A stretch of 64,000 bases of DNA, taken from contig CBDAOI010000004.1 of the NCBI GenBank assembly GCA_965198005.1, positions 288,001 to 352,000 of the forward strand, given 5' to 3'. Below, in pieces: positions 48,894 through 58,956 of the stretch (positions within the stretch are counted from its first letter, which is position 1; the number at the start of each line of letters is the position of its first letter). The position numbers and the translations under genes were made by a program. The notes under the pieces were generated by a model. The model worked only from the letters and a program-made list of their open reading frames with translations. It searched no databases and was not told the DNA's origin. Source of the DNA: Spirochaetia bacterium (GTDB taxonomy: Bacteria; Spirochaetota; Spirochaetia; SZUA-6; Bin103).

Positions 48894-50260
48894 TTGCGGG
48901 ATTCCGGGGGGTACCCTGGGGTATGAGCGCCAGGCTAACTGGCATATGACAGAGGGTGAAAGTCCCTCGGAACGAAGGAGCAGCCAATCCACGTTTCTCC
49001 GCGAGCCGTGCGTTGGCACCTGCGAGGGTGCAGGCGAAGCGTCGGCAGCGGTGCGTGCGGGCAGAGTTATGGAGCGCCGCAAAATACGACATCTGGAGTG
49101 CCGAGACTCTGTACTCGGTCGAAGGCAACACCGGTCGAGCCAGTATGGTGAGGATCGACCGGGCTCCACGGCGTCGAAGAACTCAGGCACGTACGTACGT
49201 CATATACCGGGACCTGGGAGGTCTTCGGGTCGTCCCGGCGGGTCGTCGCCGGGACCGCGGAGGGAAGGCGTGAGGCTGGACCAAAGATGAACGACCCGAA
49301 GGAGTCGGACATGGGCATAGTAGCGGCGAAGCCGGCGAACAAGGGAGCGCAAGCGACTGCGGAGACGGTGGAGCGAAGGCCCATGACCAACGGGAATTCG
49401 CAAGGTCAAAGCACGGGCCGGACGCAGAGTCGGGCAACCGTGACACAGGCGGCCGAGCGGATACGAACCGCAGGAGTACGACGTGACGGGCGTTGGAAGT
49501 GCGCGAAGCGGCTGGACGGGATTGTACGACGGGGTTGGAAGTGCGCTTGCACGACCTGCACCGGCGAGTACACACAGGAGCGTACCGAGCGACCCCGGTA
49601 CGGCGGGTCAACAAGCGGGACTGGTTGATCAGATTCCTGGAGCATCGGATTGGAGATCGGCGGGTGCTGCGGCTGATAAAGAAGTGGCTGCGCGCTGGGG
49701 TACTGGAAGAAGGCCGACAGATCGACGCGGGGCGGGGTACAGCGCAAGGGTCGGTGATTTCACCGATGCTCGCGAATATCTATCTGCACTACGTGTTGGA
49801 CCTGTGGGTCACCAAGAAGTGGCGGCCGCAGGAGGCGCGCGGAGACATGATCATAGTGCGCTACGCAGATGACTATGTCGCCGGGTTCGAGCATCGTGAC
49901 GATGCGGAACGCTTCCTGCGGGAACTGAAGGAGCGATTCAGAGGCTTCGAGCTGGAACTGAACGCCGACAAGACCCGACTCCTCGAGTTTGGACGGTATG
50001 CCGAAAGGAACCGCCTGGCGCGCGGGGAAGGGCGACCGGAGACGTTCGACTTTCTGGGTTTCACGCATTATTGCAGGAAGGACAGGAAAGGACGCTTCGG
50101 GCTGGGGCGGAAGCCAATTCGGAAGCGGATGAATCGTACGCTGAAGAGGATCAAGATCGAGCTCCGCAGACGAATGCATGATGACGTGATGGAAACCGGG
50201 CGCTGGCTGGGACGGGTACTGCGCGGATGGCTCAACTACTACGCGGTACCCGCGACCTCC
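48894..50260 (+). mobile_element. ltrA: degraded group II intron (5' RNA domains + deleted/frameshifted RT-maturase)
   Basis: TTGCG putative 5' end, GGGTGAAAGTCCC domain I motif, GTAQGSVISP, RYADD, FDFLGF, GWLNYY; RT2-3 and 3' end missing. Confidence 0.85.
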
Positions 50261-50454
50261 CTGGGTTTGGAAGGCCGTCAGGGGGCCGCTATGAGGCCGC
50301 GAGCGGCCCGCCGCCGGCCAATCGGCGGTGAATGCCGGCCCTGAACGGGTCCGAGTGCCGAGATCGTCGCCGCGGCGGCGCTCGTGCTGCCGCTTCTGTC
50401 CGAGCAGCCTCGAACTCAACCGGCGAGCGGCTCGCGGTTGCACCTCCGGAGCGC

Positions 50455-51281
50455 CGCGACGGCCAAGCCGGAGGGTCACACCAGCCTGTACCAGGATATC
50501 GACGGGCTGCGCCGCGGTCGGCTGCTGGACCACCGCTGCACCATCGACGCGACCGGGGACCGGCATGAATACGAGTGGGTTACCGGGGTGCCGCTGAACG
50601 GCAAGCCCCGCAGTCCCAAGATCAACTTCGTGCACTACCGCATCGTACGGGCCGGCACGACCACCTATCACAACGCCTGGGTGACCGACTTGGTGCCCAG
50701 CGCTGGCAGCGTGGCGCGGATCGTGCGTGCGGGACGAGCACGCTGGAAGATCGAGAACGAGGGGTCGATACGCTGAAGCGCTGAAGCGCTGAAGAACCAG
50801 GGCTATCACCTGGAGCACAACTTCGGCCACGGTGACAAGTACTTGTCGGAGGCGTTCTTCGTGCCGGGCCTGCTGGCCTGTTTCATGCACCGGATATTCG
50901 AGCTGGTGGACGGTCTGTATCAGCAGGTGCGGGCTGGGTTCGGGTCGCGCCGGGAGTTCTGGGGCGCGATTCGCGCCACGTTCCGGCTATTCCTGTTCCG
51001 GTCGTGGGACCAGGTGCTGGTGCGGATGAATTCGCCGCCGCAGCCGCTGTCCGGGTAGCCGCTCCCTGGGGAACTGAACCTGCTCCCTGAACGATCCCTG
51101 ACTGGGGCTGCGGCGCAGGTGTGCCGGCGGCGCGCGGGCAACCGGCCCCGAAGGGCCGATCGCCGCACCGCGCCAGCCCGCGGCATCGGCCGAGCGGCGG
51201 TGGCTGACGGTGGTCAGGTCATCGCACGGGGCTGCATGACGGTGGCTAAATACGTCACCTGCAATCAGTTACAGAATTTCT
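50455..51281 (+). mobile_element. ISNCY-type DDE transposase 3' fragment with probable right end
   Basis: WVTD, GRARWKIENE, LKNQGYHLEHNFGHG; CGCTGAAG x3 frameshift; CAGAATTTCTG terminal motif. Confidence 0.72.
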
Positions 51282-51302
51282 GCCGGGTCGGGCCGTGGGT
51301 GC

Positions 51303-51596
51303 ATTCACTCGGTGGGCCAACAGGTGGGCATGGTCGCGTTTCACACTCGGAGGGCTTGAGCTTATGACAGGGCTTGCGATCTCGCCCTCGAAACTTTTCT
51401 GTAACCTTTCGGCGCCCAATGTTGCCATATCTGTTTACGATGCACCTCTGCCCCCCGTTCTCCGAGAATCGCTGTCGCGCCGTGCGGGTGCTTGCCTCCC
51501 ACGGGAAGAATGGGTATATTGAAGTCGTGTATTCACTTGGTGGGCCAACAGGTGGGCATGGTCGCGTTTCACACTCGGAGGGCTTGAGCTTATGAC
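51303..51596 (+). repeat. two 66-bp direct repeats (51303-51368, 51531-51596)
   Basis: 65/66 identical, each ends GGAGGGCTTGAGCTTATGAC. Confidence 0.92.
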
Positions 51597-51675
51597 CCTC
51601 TGCCCCTCTACCAGCGGTTCCCCGAGAATCGCTGCTGTTTGCCTGTTGACTTGTTTGCCGCAGGCGTGCCATACT
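51492..51675 (+). promoter_or_regulatory. two sigma70-like promoters
   Basis: TTGCCT-17-TATATT (51492-51520); TTGACT-18-CATACT with TGn extension (51646-51675). Confidence 0.55.
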
Positions 51676-51776
51676 AAAAGCCTCGGGTTTGAACGGATGC
51701 AAAAGATGGGTGATAACACTACTCAGCACTGCCACCGGTTAGCGGCAACGCAGCCGGCGCGTCCTATCCTCGCCTA

Positions 51777-51861
51777 CCCCCCCCCCCCCCCCGGCGGGAG
51801 CTCCAAGAATTCGTTTCGCGGGGGTTGAAAAATGGTGAGGAGTCCCCCCCCCCCCCCCCCC
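51777..51861. repeat. two poly-C tracts (C16, C18)
   Basis: 51777-51792 and 51844-51861. Confidence 0.85.
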
Positions 51862-52106
51862 GAGTTTCCAAGCATCCTGTAAGCCCAAGTCCTGACCGCT
51901 CACCGAGCCGCCTCCACCACTCCACGCCACCGACCACGCTGACGGCGTCGCGGCTGCACCACGCTCCCACGACGCGATTTCTCCGCGCCTTGCGCTCCGA
52001 GCCGGGCGGCGACCACCAGCACCATGTCAAACAGCCGGAGTATGCGGCCCAAGAAAAACACGGGTACGGGACCCAGTCCCGATCCCGAAACGAGGAGGAG
52101 TACGTT

Positions 52107-53912
52107 ATGACTCCAAGACTCATGTTGTTGCCGCTGGCGTTCGCGCTGGTGGCTACCGTTACGTTCGCCAGCGGCGAGAGCGACCAGCCGGCCGCCGCGG
52201 CCGAGAAGGAGATGGTGCGCGACCCGGCCACCGGCAAGATGGTGACCGCGCCCGAGTACGGCGGCACGATCAGATTGCTTACGACCGCCAAGCCGGAGGG
52301 CATCGACCCCTACTTCAATTACACGGCTGGGATGTGGATCGGGCTGGTCAACGAGAAGCTGGGCATCGGCGACTGGGCATTCGACCGGAGTGTGTACGGC
52401 TTCAACACGCTCTACTTGCCCGAAGAGGTGGTCAGGGGACAGCTGGCTGAGAGCTGGGAGAACCCGGATCCGCTCACCTACGTGTTCAAGATCCGCGATG
52501 ACGTGTTCTGGCACGACAAGGCCCAGGTAAACGGCCGGCAGCTGACCGCCCACGATATCGCCTACAGCTTCAACCGGGTCCTGGGCCTTGACGGCGGCGA
52601 GCCGGGGCAGGATATAGGCATCGGTCCGCTGCCTAAGGTGGAGTGGGATTCGATCACCGCTCCCGACGATTCGACGGTCGTGGTCAAGTTGAAAGCGCCC
52701 TTTCTCGATGCCTTGAAGACACTCACCGTTTGTGCTCATTGCTACATCGTCGCCCGCGAGGTCGTCGAGCAATTCGGGGATATTCAAGACTGGCGCAACG
52801 TGACCGGAACGGGTCCCTACCAGCTCACCGACGTGGTGGAGGGAAGCTCGTGGACCTACACCAAGATCGATGACTACTGGGGCTTCGACGAGAAGTACCC
52901 CGACAACCGTTTGCCCTACGCCGATCAGATCGAGTTCCTGATCGTCTTTGACCCGGCTACCAGGCTGTCCCTGATGCGCTCTGGGCAGGCGGATTGGATG
53001 GGGTGGGGAACGAACTCGCACCTCTCCAGCGTCGACCAGGCCCTGAGTCTGCAGAAGACCAATCCCGACTTGGTGCTTACCACGTTTTCGTTTCGTGCGG
53101 AGACGGGGTTCACGTTTGACAACCAGAGCGAACCCTGGAACGACATCCGCGTGCGCCGTGCCCTCAACATGGCCATAGACTTCGACGCCATCTCCGAGTC
53201 CTACCATCAGGGGTGGTCCGATACGACGCCGGTCGGCGGTTTCGGCAGGGCTGTGCTCGGGTATGCGGTGCCGTTCGCGGAGTGGCCCGAGGAGATCGCG
53301 CAGTGGTATCGGTTCGACCCCGACGCGGCCGAGCTGCTGCTGGACGAGGCCGGCCTTCCGCGCGACGCGGACGGCGTCCGTTTCAAGACCGTCTACGAGC
53401 ACTACGAGTTCTTCGACCTCGGCTACTACCAGATTGCCATGGATTACCTCAGGCAGATCGGCATCGACGTCGAGATCCGGGAGATTACCCGCTCGACACA
53501 CCAACAGGGGGGCAACGAGTGCAGTTCGAACCCGTTTGACTGTCCCTATCTCGGGTTGAGAACGGATGTACATGGCGCCGAGTATCCCAGTGCGACCGCT
53601 GTCATCCAGGATACGTCGTCGACGGCTGGGTGGCGGGACCAGAACGTCATCGACGCTGAGTTTGACGAATACTTCCAGAACATGCTGGCCGCCACCACGC
53701 TAGAGGAGCAGCAGGAGTGGGCGCGAAAGGCCGACCTGCGCATCGCCGAGGGGATATGGGTGATACGGGGGCCGAGAGCTCCCCTGTTCAATGTTGGCCA
53801 GCCATGGCTCAAGGGCTACAACGGGGAAGGTGATCTCGGCAATCTCCAGAGAATGCCGATCTACGCCCGCCTCTGGATCGACCAGGATCTGAAGCGCGAG
53901 ATGGGATCCTGA
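52107..53912 (+). CDS. peptide/nickel ABC transporter substrate-binding protein (family 5)
   Basis: GAGGAGG RBS, signal peptide, PEYGG, LAESWE, GTGPY, VRRALNMAID. Confidence 0.92.
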   Translation: MTPRLMLLPLAFALVATVTFASGESDQPAAAAEKEMVRDPATGKMVTAPEYGGTIRLLTTAKPEGIDPYFNYTAGMWIGLVNEKLGIGDWAFDRSVYGFNTLYLPEEVVRGQLAESWENPDPLTYVFKIRDDVFWHDKAQVNGRQLTAHDIAYSFNRVLGLDGGEPGQDIGIGPLPKVEWDSITAPDDSTVVVKLKAPFLDALKTLTVCAHCYIVAREVVEQFGDIQDWRNVTGTGPYQLTDVVEGSSWTYTKIDDYWGFDEKYPDNRLPYADQIEFLIVFDPATRLSLMRSGQADWMGWGTNSHLSSVDQALSLQKTNPDLVLTTFSFRAETGFTFDNQSEPWNDIRVRRALNMAIDFDAISESYHQGWSDTTPVGGFGRAVLGYAVPFAEWPEEIAQWYRFDPDAAELLLDEAGLPRDADGVRFKTVYEHYEFFDLGYYQIAMDYLRQIGIDVEIREITRSTHQQGGNECSSNPFDCPYLGLRTDVHGAEYPSATAVIQDTSSTAGWRDQNVIDAEFDEYFQNMLAATTLEEQQEWARKADLRIAEGIWVIRGPRAPLFNVGQPWLKGYNGEGDLGNLQRMPIYARLWIDQDLKREMGS

Positions 53913-53918
53913 CGCCAA

Positions 53919-53949
53919 TCATGGAGCCCGCCTTCAGGCGGCTCCATGA
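53919..53949 (+). terminator. stem-loop after the SBP gene (terminator or mRNA stabiliser)
   Basis: TCATGGAGC.CGCC-TTCA-GGCGGCTCCATGA. Confidence 0.6.
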
Positions 53950-54039
53950 GTTCATTGCCCCGTAGACGCGAGCCAGGGCGCGTCTTCCTGCTCTCATTCT
54001 GAATTGAGAGCAACATCGAGACACGGCATCTGAGTCGAC

Positions 54040-55005
54040 ATGAGAGCCTACGTCATCCGCCGCGTGCTCCTCCTGATCCCCACCTTCTTCCTGCTGACGA
54101 TTCTGGTGTTCATCTCGGTGCGGTTCATACCGGGGGATGCCATAGACACGCTTCTGTACCGGATGGAGGATGGGGCAGGCGGCGGCACCCACATCGACCG
54201 TGCGGAGCTCGAGCGGCGGCTCGGGCTGGACGTGCCGGTGCCCTTGCAGTACGGCCGTTGGATGGGAGGGATATTGCTGCGCGGCGATCTGGGCACGCCG
54301 CTCCTACGCCCCGAGTCGGTTGGCGAGCTGATCGCCGGCCGGCTGCCGACCACCGCCGAGCTCGGCCTGGTGGCGCTGATCGTAGGCGTGCTGATCGGCG
54401 TGCCGATCGGCATCTACTCGGCGGTGCGGCAAGACACGGTGGGCGACTACGTCGGTCGCTCCTTCGCCATCTTCGGCCTGGCGACGCCCAACTTCTGGCT
54501 GGCCACCATCATCCTCATCTTCCCGGCGATCTGGTGGGGTTGGTCGCCGCCGCTGCGGCTGGTGCGCCTGACTGACGACTTCGTCGGCCACTTTGGCATC
54601 TTCATCGTGCCGGGTCTGATCCTGGGCACCTATCTGGCCGCCAGCACCATGCGCATGACCCGCACCATGATGCTCGAGGTGCTCCGGCAGGACTACATTC
54701 GCACCGCCTGGGCCAAGGGGCTGCGCGAGCGCCTGGTCATCCTGCGCCACGTGATCAAGAACGCGCTCATTCCGGTGGTGACGCTGGTGGGGCTGCAAGT
54801 GCCTATCTTGGTCGGGGGCGCGGTCATCATGGAGCAGATGTTCGCCATCCCCGGCCTGGGACGCCTGATGATCGGTGCCCTGATCGACCGCGACTACCCG
54901 TTGATCTCGGGGATCAACCTGTTCTTCGCCGGCGCGGTCATGGTCATCAACCTGCTGGTCGACGTGCTGTACGCCTACCTGGACCCACGCGTCCAGTACG
55001 GGTGA
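54040..55005 (+). CDS. peptide ABC transporter permease (DppB/OppB-like)
   Basis: PGD, PNFW, EAA-like DYIRTAWAKGL, RDYP, LDPR. Confidence 0.93.
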   Translation: MRAYVIRRVLLLIPTFFLLTILVFISVRFIPGDAIDTLLYRMEDGAGGGTHIDRAELERRLGLDVPVPLQYGRWMGGILLRGDLGTPLLRPESVGELIAGRLPTTAELGLVALIVGVLIGVPIGIYSAVRQDTVGDYVGRSFAIFGLATPNFWLATIILIFPAIWWGWSPPLRLVRLTDDFVGHFGIFIVPGLILGTYLAASTMRMTRTMMLEVLRQDYIRTAWAKGLRERLVILRHVIKNALIPVVTLVGLQVPILVGGAVIMEQMFAIPGLGRLMIGALIDRDYPLISGINLFFAGAVMVINLLVDVLYAYLDPRVQYG

Positions 55006-55173
55006 GGGGATACGACCGCTGCGTGACATGGAAGACGATGAAATCGAAACACTTGCGTTGCCCGCTGGCCGGCACCTTCGGACTAGGGCACGGTTACTCC
55101 GTGACACGGACGACGATGACAACGACGCACGCGGCCGGGCACGGCGACCGGCACGTTCGGAGCGGGAGCCGCT

Positions 55174-56151
55174 ATGGGTGACGTAACCGCCGCGCACGCG
55201 CCACCGGCGCAGGGGGCGAAGGGGCAGTCGTTCCTGCGCGACCTGCTGCGCCGGCTGATCAGGGAGCGGCCGGTGGGCGCGGTCAGCGGCGTGATCGTGC
55301 TGCTGCTGTGCCTGGTGGCGATCTTCGCCGACCTGCTGGCGCCGTATCACTTCATGGACATGACCATGATCGACCGGCTCAAGGGGCCGTCGGGCACCTA
55401 CCCGCTGGGCACCGACCACATCGGCCGCGACCTGTTCAGCCGCCTGCTGTATGGGGCGCGGGTGTCGCTGGGGGTGGGGTTCGCCGCCACCACCCTGAGC
55501 GTGGTGGTGTCGCTGCTGATCGGCGGGGTGGCGGGGTTCGTGGGCGGCAAGCTCGACCTGGCGGTGCAGCGCTTCGTCGACGCCTGGATGTCGTTCCCGG
55601 GCCTGCTGCTGCTGCTGACCATCATGACCATCATCGGCCAGGGCATCCCGCAGATCATCGGCATGCTGGGGCTGGCCTCCGGGGTGGCCAACTCGCGGGT
55701 GGTGCGCGGGGCGGTGATCGGCATCAAGGGCAACCCCTACTTCGAGGCGGCGCATGCGATCGGCAGCCCGTCGTGGCGGACGCTGCTGCGCCACGTGTGG
55801 CCGAACATCACGGCGCCGATCATCATCATCTACTCGATCACCATCGGCTGGGCGATCATCGCGGAGGCGTCTTTGAGCTTTCTGGGGTTCGGGCTGCCGC
55901 CGGACGTGCCGAGCTGGGGCACGATGCTGAGCCGCGAGGGTCGGCAATACATGGAGATGGCGCCGCGGCTGGCGATGTGGCCGGGTGTCGCCCTGACCAT
56001 CGTCGTCTACTGCCTGAACATGGTAGGCGACGCGCTGCGCGACCTGCTGGACCCGCGGCTGCGCGGCGGCGGCGGGGTGGCCGGCGGGGTAGGCGCCCGC
56101 GCCGCCGAGCGCGCCACGAAGGCCCTGCAGAAGCTGGAACGCTCGCGCTGA
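55174..56151 (+). CDS. peptide ABC transporter permease (DppC/OppC-like)
   Basis: LGTDHIGRD, YFEAAHAIG, EASLSFLG, SWG, GDALRD. Confidence 0.93.
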   Translation: MGDVTAAHAPPAQGAKGQSFLRDLLRRLIRERPVGAVSGVIVLLLCLVAIFADLLAPYHFMDMTMIDRLKGPSGTYPLGTDHIGRDLFSRLLYGARVSLGVGFAATTLSVVVSLLIGGVAGFVGGKLDLAVQRFVDAWMSFPGLLLLLTIMTIIGQGIPQIIGMLGLASGVANSRVVRGAVIGIKGNPYFEAAHAIGSPSWRTLLRHVWPNITAPIIIIYSITIGWAIIAEASLSFLGFGLPPDVPSWGTMLSREGRQYMEMAPRLAMWPGVALTIVVYCLNMVGDALRDLLDPRLRGGGGVAGGVGARAAERATKALQKLERSR

Positions 56152-56171
56152 GCCTCGGTTGTCCCCGGCGG

Positions 56172-56354
56172 TGCGACTATGTCAATGCGACGATCGGCTT
56201 TCAGGAACTTGGCGGGTTGACCGACAAATCGCCCAAGAGCCTGATGCGCATGTTCGGCCCCAGCGGCAATCCGCAAGCCCGTAACCTGTTCGAGATCATC
56301 GGCTGCCTTCAGGAACGCGAAGGGCTTCACCTCAGAGTCCAGGCGGTTCGCTAG
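56172..56354 (+). pseudogene. C-terminal fragment of an addiction-module antidote HTH regulator
   Basis: DYVNATIGFQEL...KSLMRMFGPSGNP..RNLF. Confidence 0.65.
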
Positions 56355-56406
56355 CGGGTGGCAGGCTTTGTTGTCGGACGTGATCGGAATCCGTAGACTG
56401 CATCTC

Positions 56407-56652
56407 ATGGCGGGCGATCTCAACGGCGAGTTGCGCGGGTTCGTCGAACGGTGGCGTATTGCCGGTGCCCGGCTGGCGGCGTTGCGCCGCGCGGAACTCC
56501 GCAATGTCGAGGTGGCCGACCACATCGAGTCTCTTGACGGTGCGTTCGAAGCGACGCTCGCCGGTCCGGTACGAACCACGTCCGGGCTGGTGCAGCAGCA
56601 GGCGATGTTTGCCAGACTGCGGGATGCGCGACCTCTTTCTCCTGGCGAATGA
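56407..56652 (+). CDS. small hypothetical protein (putative antitoxin partner)
   Basis: VERWR.AG..L...R...SGLVQQQAMF; overlaps the nucleotidyltransferase gene. Confidence 0.65.
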   Translation: MAGDLNGELRGFVERWRIAGARLAALRRAELRNVEVADHIESLDGAFEATLAGPVRTTSGLVQQQAMFARLRDARPLSPGE

Positions 56653-57202
56653 GATCCAGTCGTTCTGCGGGGAGCGCGGCTGGGAATTCTGTTTCATCGG
56701 TGGCTTGGCGCTCCAGCGGTGGGGAGAGCCGCGCCTCACCGGGGACGTGGATCTCACCATTCTTACCGGCTTCGGCCGAGAAACCGCATATGTCGAGCAG
56801 CTCTGCCGCGCGTATCCCGGACGCATTGCGGGCGCTGCCGAATTCGCCCACCGTACCCGGGTGCTCCTGCTCCGATCCGCGCGCGGCATCCCGATCGACA
56901 TTTCACTTGGTGCGCTGCCGTTCGAGCAGCGGGTAATCGAACGAGCGACCCTCTACGAATTCCTGCCCGAAGTCCGTCTGAACACGTGCTCGGCGGAGGA
57001 TCTGGTAGTGCTCAAAGCATTCGCGGATCGCTCGCGCGACTGGGCGGATATTGAGGGCATCGTGCTGCGCACCGGCGCCCGGCTCGACTGGGCGATGATT
57101 GAAGCCGAGTTGCAACCGCTCTGCGAGGCGAAGGAAGCGCCGGACATTCCAGCGCGGTTGAGCGCGCTGCGCGTCTCGCACGGAGACGGACCCGCATCAT
57201 GA
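56624..57202 (+). CDS. nucleotidyltransferase (AbiEii/DUF6036-like)
   Basis: FIGGLAL...R.T.DVD, EDLVVLKAFA.R..D..D. Confidence 0.8.
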   Translation: MRDLFLLANEIQSFCGERGWEFCFIGGLALQRWGEPRLTGDVDLTILTGFGRETAYVEQLCRAYPGRIAGAAEFAHRTRVLLLRSARGIPIDISLGALPFEQRVIERATLYEFLPEVRLNTCSAEDLVVLKAFADRSRDWADIEGIVLRTGARLDWAMIEAELQPLCEAKEAPDIPARLSALRVSHGDGPAS

Positions 57203-57214
57203 TGGCGGAAAGCG

Positions 57215-57390
57215 GGGAGATATTGGGAAGATCGAGTGGGACTCGATCACCGCCACCGACGATTCGACCGTAGTGTTCAGGCTCGCCGCGCCCAGTCTCG
57301 ACGCCCTGAGGACCATACTCCTCGGAAGCCACTCGACTACGTACGTCGTCGCCCGCGAGGTGGTCGAGCAATTCGGAGACATCACCCACT
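57215..57390 (+). pseudogene. fragment of a paralogous family-5 SBP gene
   Basis: IEWDSITATDDSTVV...VAREVVEQFGDI resembles 52635-52785. Confidence 0.78.
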
Positions 57391-57483
57391 AAACCTCCAC
57401 TAAACCCCACTAAACCGCAACCGCCATTGTTCTCAGTGCAAGAAAGCGCTACGTTTTGTCGCGACACCATGGGAGGAACAACC

Positions 57484-57816
57484 GTGCGCAATATTGAAGT
57501 GTTCTCGGTGCGGGACCTGCGGTTGCGTTCCAGTGAACTGGTGCGCGAGGCCGAGGGCCGGCAAGTCTCAATCATAACCAAGCGCGGTAAGCCCGCCGTG
57601 CTGGCACTGCCCTTCGGCGGCCGCCTGCTTGACCTGGGCGTCGACAAGGACTTGGCGATTGCCCTGTTCGAGCGCAGGCTCCTCACTCTGGCCAAGGCCG
57701 CGAAGCTTGCAGGTGTCACCCAGGACGCGTTCATGGACGTGCTCGGGTCAGCCGGCATCGTGGCAGTCGACTATCCCCCGGAGGAATTGGACGAGGAGCT
57801 GCAGGTCGAGATCTGA
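57484..57816 (+). CDS. Phd-like + UPF0175 antitoxin
   Basis: FSVRDLR...ITKRGKP; LTLAKAAKLAG; GGAGG RBS before GTG. Confidence 0.8.
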   Translation: MRNIEVFSVRDLRLRSSELVREAEGRQVSIITKRGKPAVLALPFGGRLLDLGVDKDLAIALFERRLLTLAKAAKLAGVTQDAFMDVLGSAGIVAVDYPPEELDEELQVEI

Positions 57817-57821
57817 CCGCG

Positions 57822-58297
57822 ATGATCGTGTCGGACGCGGGTCCGCTGATCGCCTTGCGCGAATTGGGCAGCTGCTCCTTCTCCGCACGCTGTTCGGGGA
57901 GGTGGTCGTACCGCAGACCGTGCTGCGCGAGCTGCAGCTCGATGCGCCGCGTGTCGGCGTAACTGCACTGGCCGAAGCTGTCCAGTGTCAACGCTGGATA
58001 CGTTCCGTGACGCAACCCGATGATCGTCCGATTCCTGGCCTTGATGCAGGCGAATGGGCAGCGATCCGGCTCGCTCGGCACCGGGGAATTCTGCTGCTCA
58101 TCGACGAGCGCCGGGGACGCGCCGCTGCGCGCAAGCAGGGGGTGGAGATTATCGGCACCGGGCGCGTCCTGATTGCTGCCAAAGACAAAGGGTTGATCGA
58201 GTCGGTTGCCGGAGCGCTGGACGACCTCCAAGGGGCCGGCTATCGCCTGTCCGACGACCTTCGTTCACGGCTATTGAGCATCGCCGGTGAGGGATGA
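57822..58297 (+). pseudogene. DUF3368 PIN toxin with early frameshift
   Basis: MIVSDAGPLIAL shifts frame to ARIGQL...GEWAAI...IDERRGR...GTGRVL. Confidence 0.8.
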
Positions 58298-58414
58298 AGA
58301 GATCGTGCTGCGGGGCGACGGCGCTCCCGGCAGGTGGTTTGAATTCCTGGGGACACCGAATCAGCTATTATGGTGAAGTGATCAGATGAGCACGTTTTGG
58401 GAGCAGGTGGGGGG

Positions 58415-58853
58415 ATACCTCGAGCGCGAGCTTTTTGAGGGAGCCGAGGACGGCGGCGACGTGGCCGTGGGGGTAGCTGCGGAGGCAGGTGAAGGCGGTT
58501 TCGGGATTGACCAGGGATTCGCCTTTGAGAGCTCTGCGGACGAGATCGATGATGTGGAGGGGGAGGTGGGAGATGTTGCCGAGGGTTTCATGCTTGACCT
58601 TGCCGTCCTGGCGGAAGGTTCGGCGCAGCAGATGGGTGCGGTAGGTTTGGTTGTTGTGGTGGCGGGTAGTGGTGGCTACGTGGACAGCGCCGTTTCTAGG
58701 TGGCATGGGGCAAATATGGACATAGAAGGCCATAGTAGTCAACAGAAATCGAAAAGTATTAGTGGCTACACTTTGCACATTCAGATAGCACCTAACTATC
58801 GTACAAGAAAGCAAGAAAGGAATTAAGGCCGATTTAGCCTCTGGAACTTCGGG
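58415..58853 (-). mobile_element. IS1634-family left end with truncated transposase
   Basis: Terminal CCCGAAGTTCC; LLRRTFRQDGKVKHETLGNISHLP...PHGHVAAV. Confidence 0.78.
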
Positions 58854-58956
58854 AGTCCCAGTAGTTATCGTTCCTGGTGTAGGTCCACGAGCTGCCCTCC
58901 ACCACGTCGGTCAGCTGATAGGGACCCGTTCCGACCACGTTGCGCCAGTCTTGAAT
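58854..58956 (-). pseudogene. second SBP paralogue fragment
   Basis: IQDWRNVVGTGPYQLTDVVEGSSWTYT matches 52782-52882. Confidence 0.8.

Noticed and set aside
49493-50344. Retron or DGR reverse transcriptase
   Set aside because: Motifs, maturase region and upstream structured RNA match a group II intron; no adenine-specific TR/VR pair seen, including between the AAA copies
51303-51596. CRISPR array
   Set aside because: Only two units, 66-bp repeat with a 162-bp gap, no cas genes; dimensions do not fit
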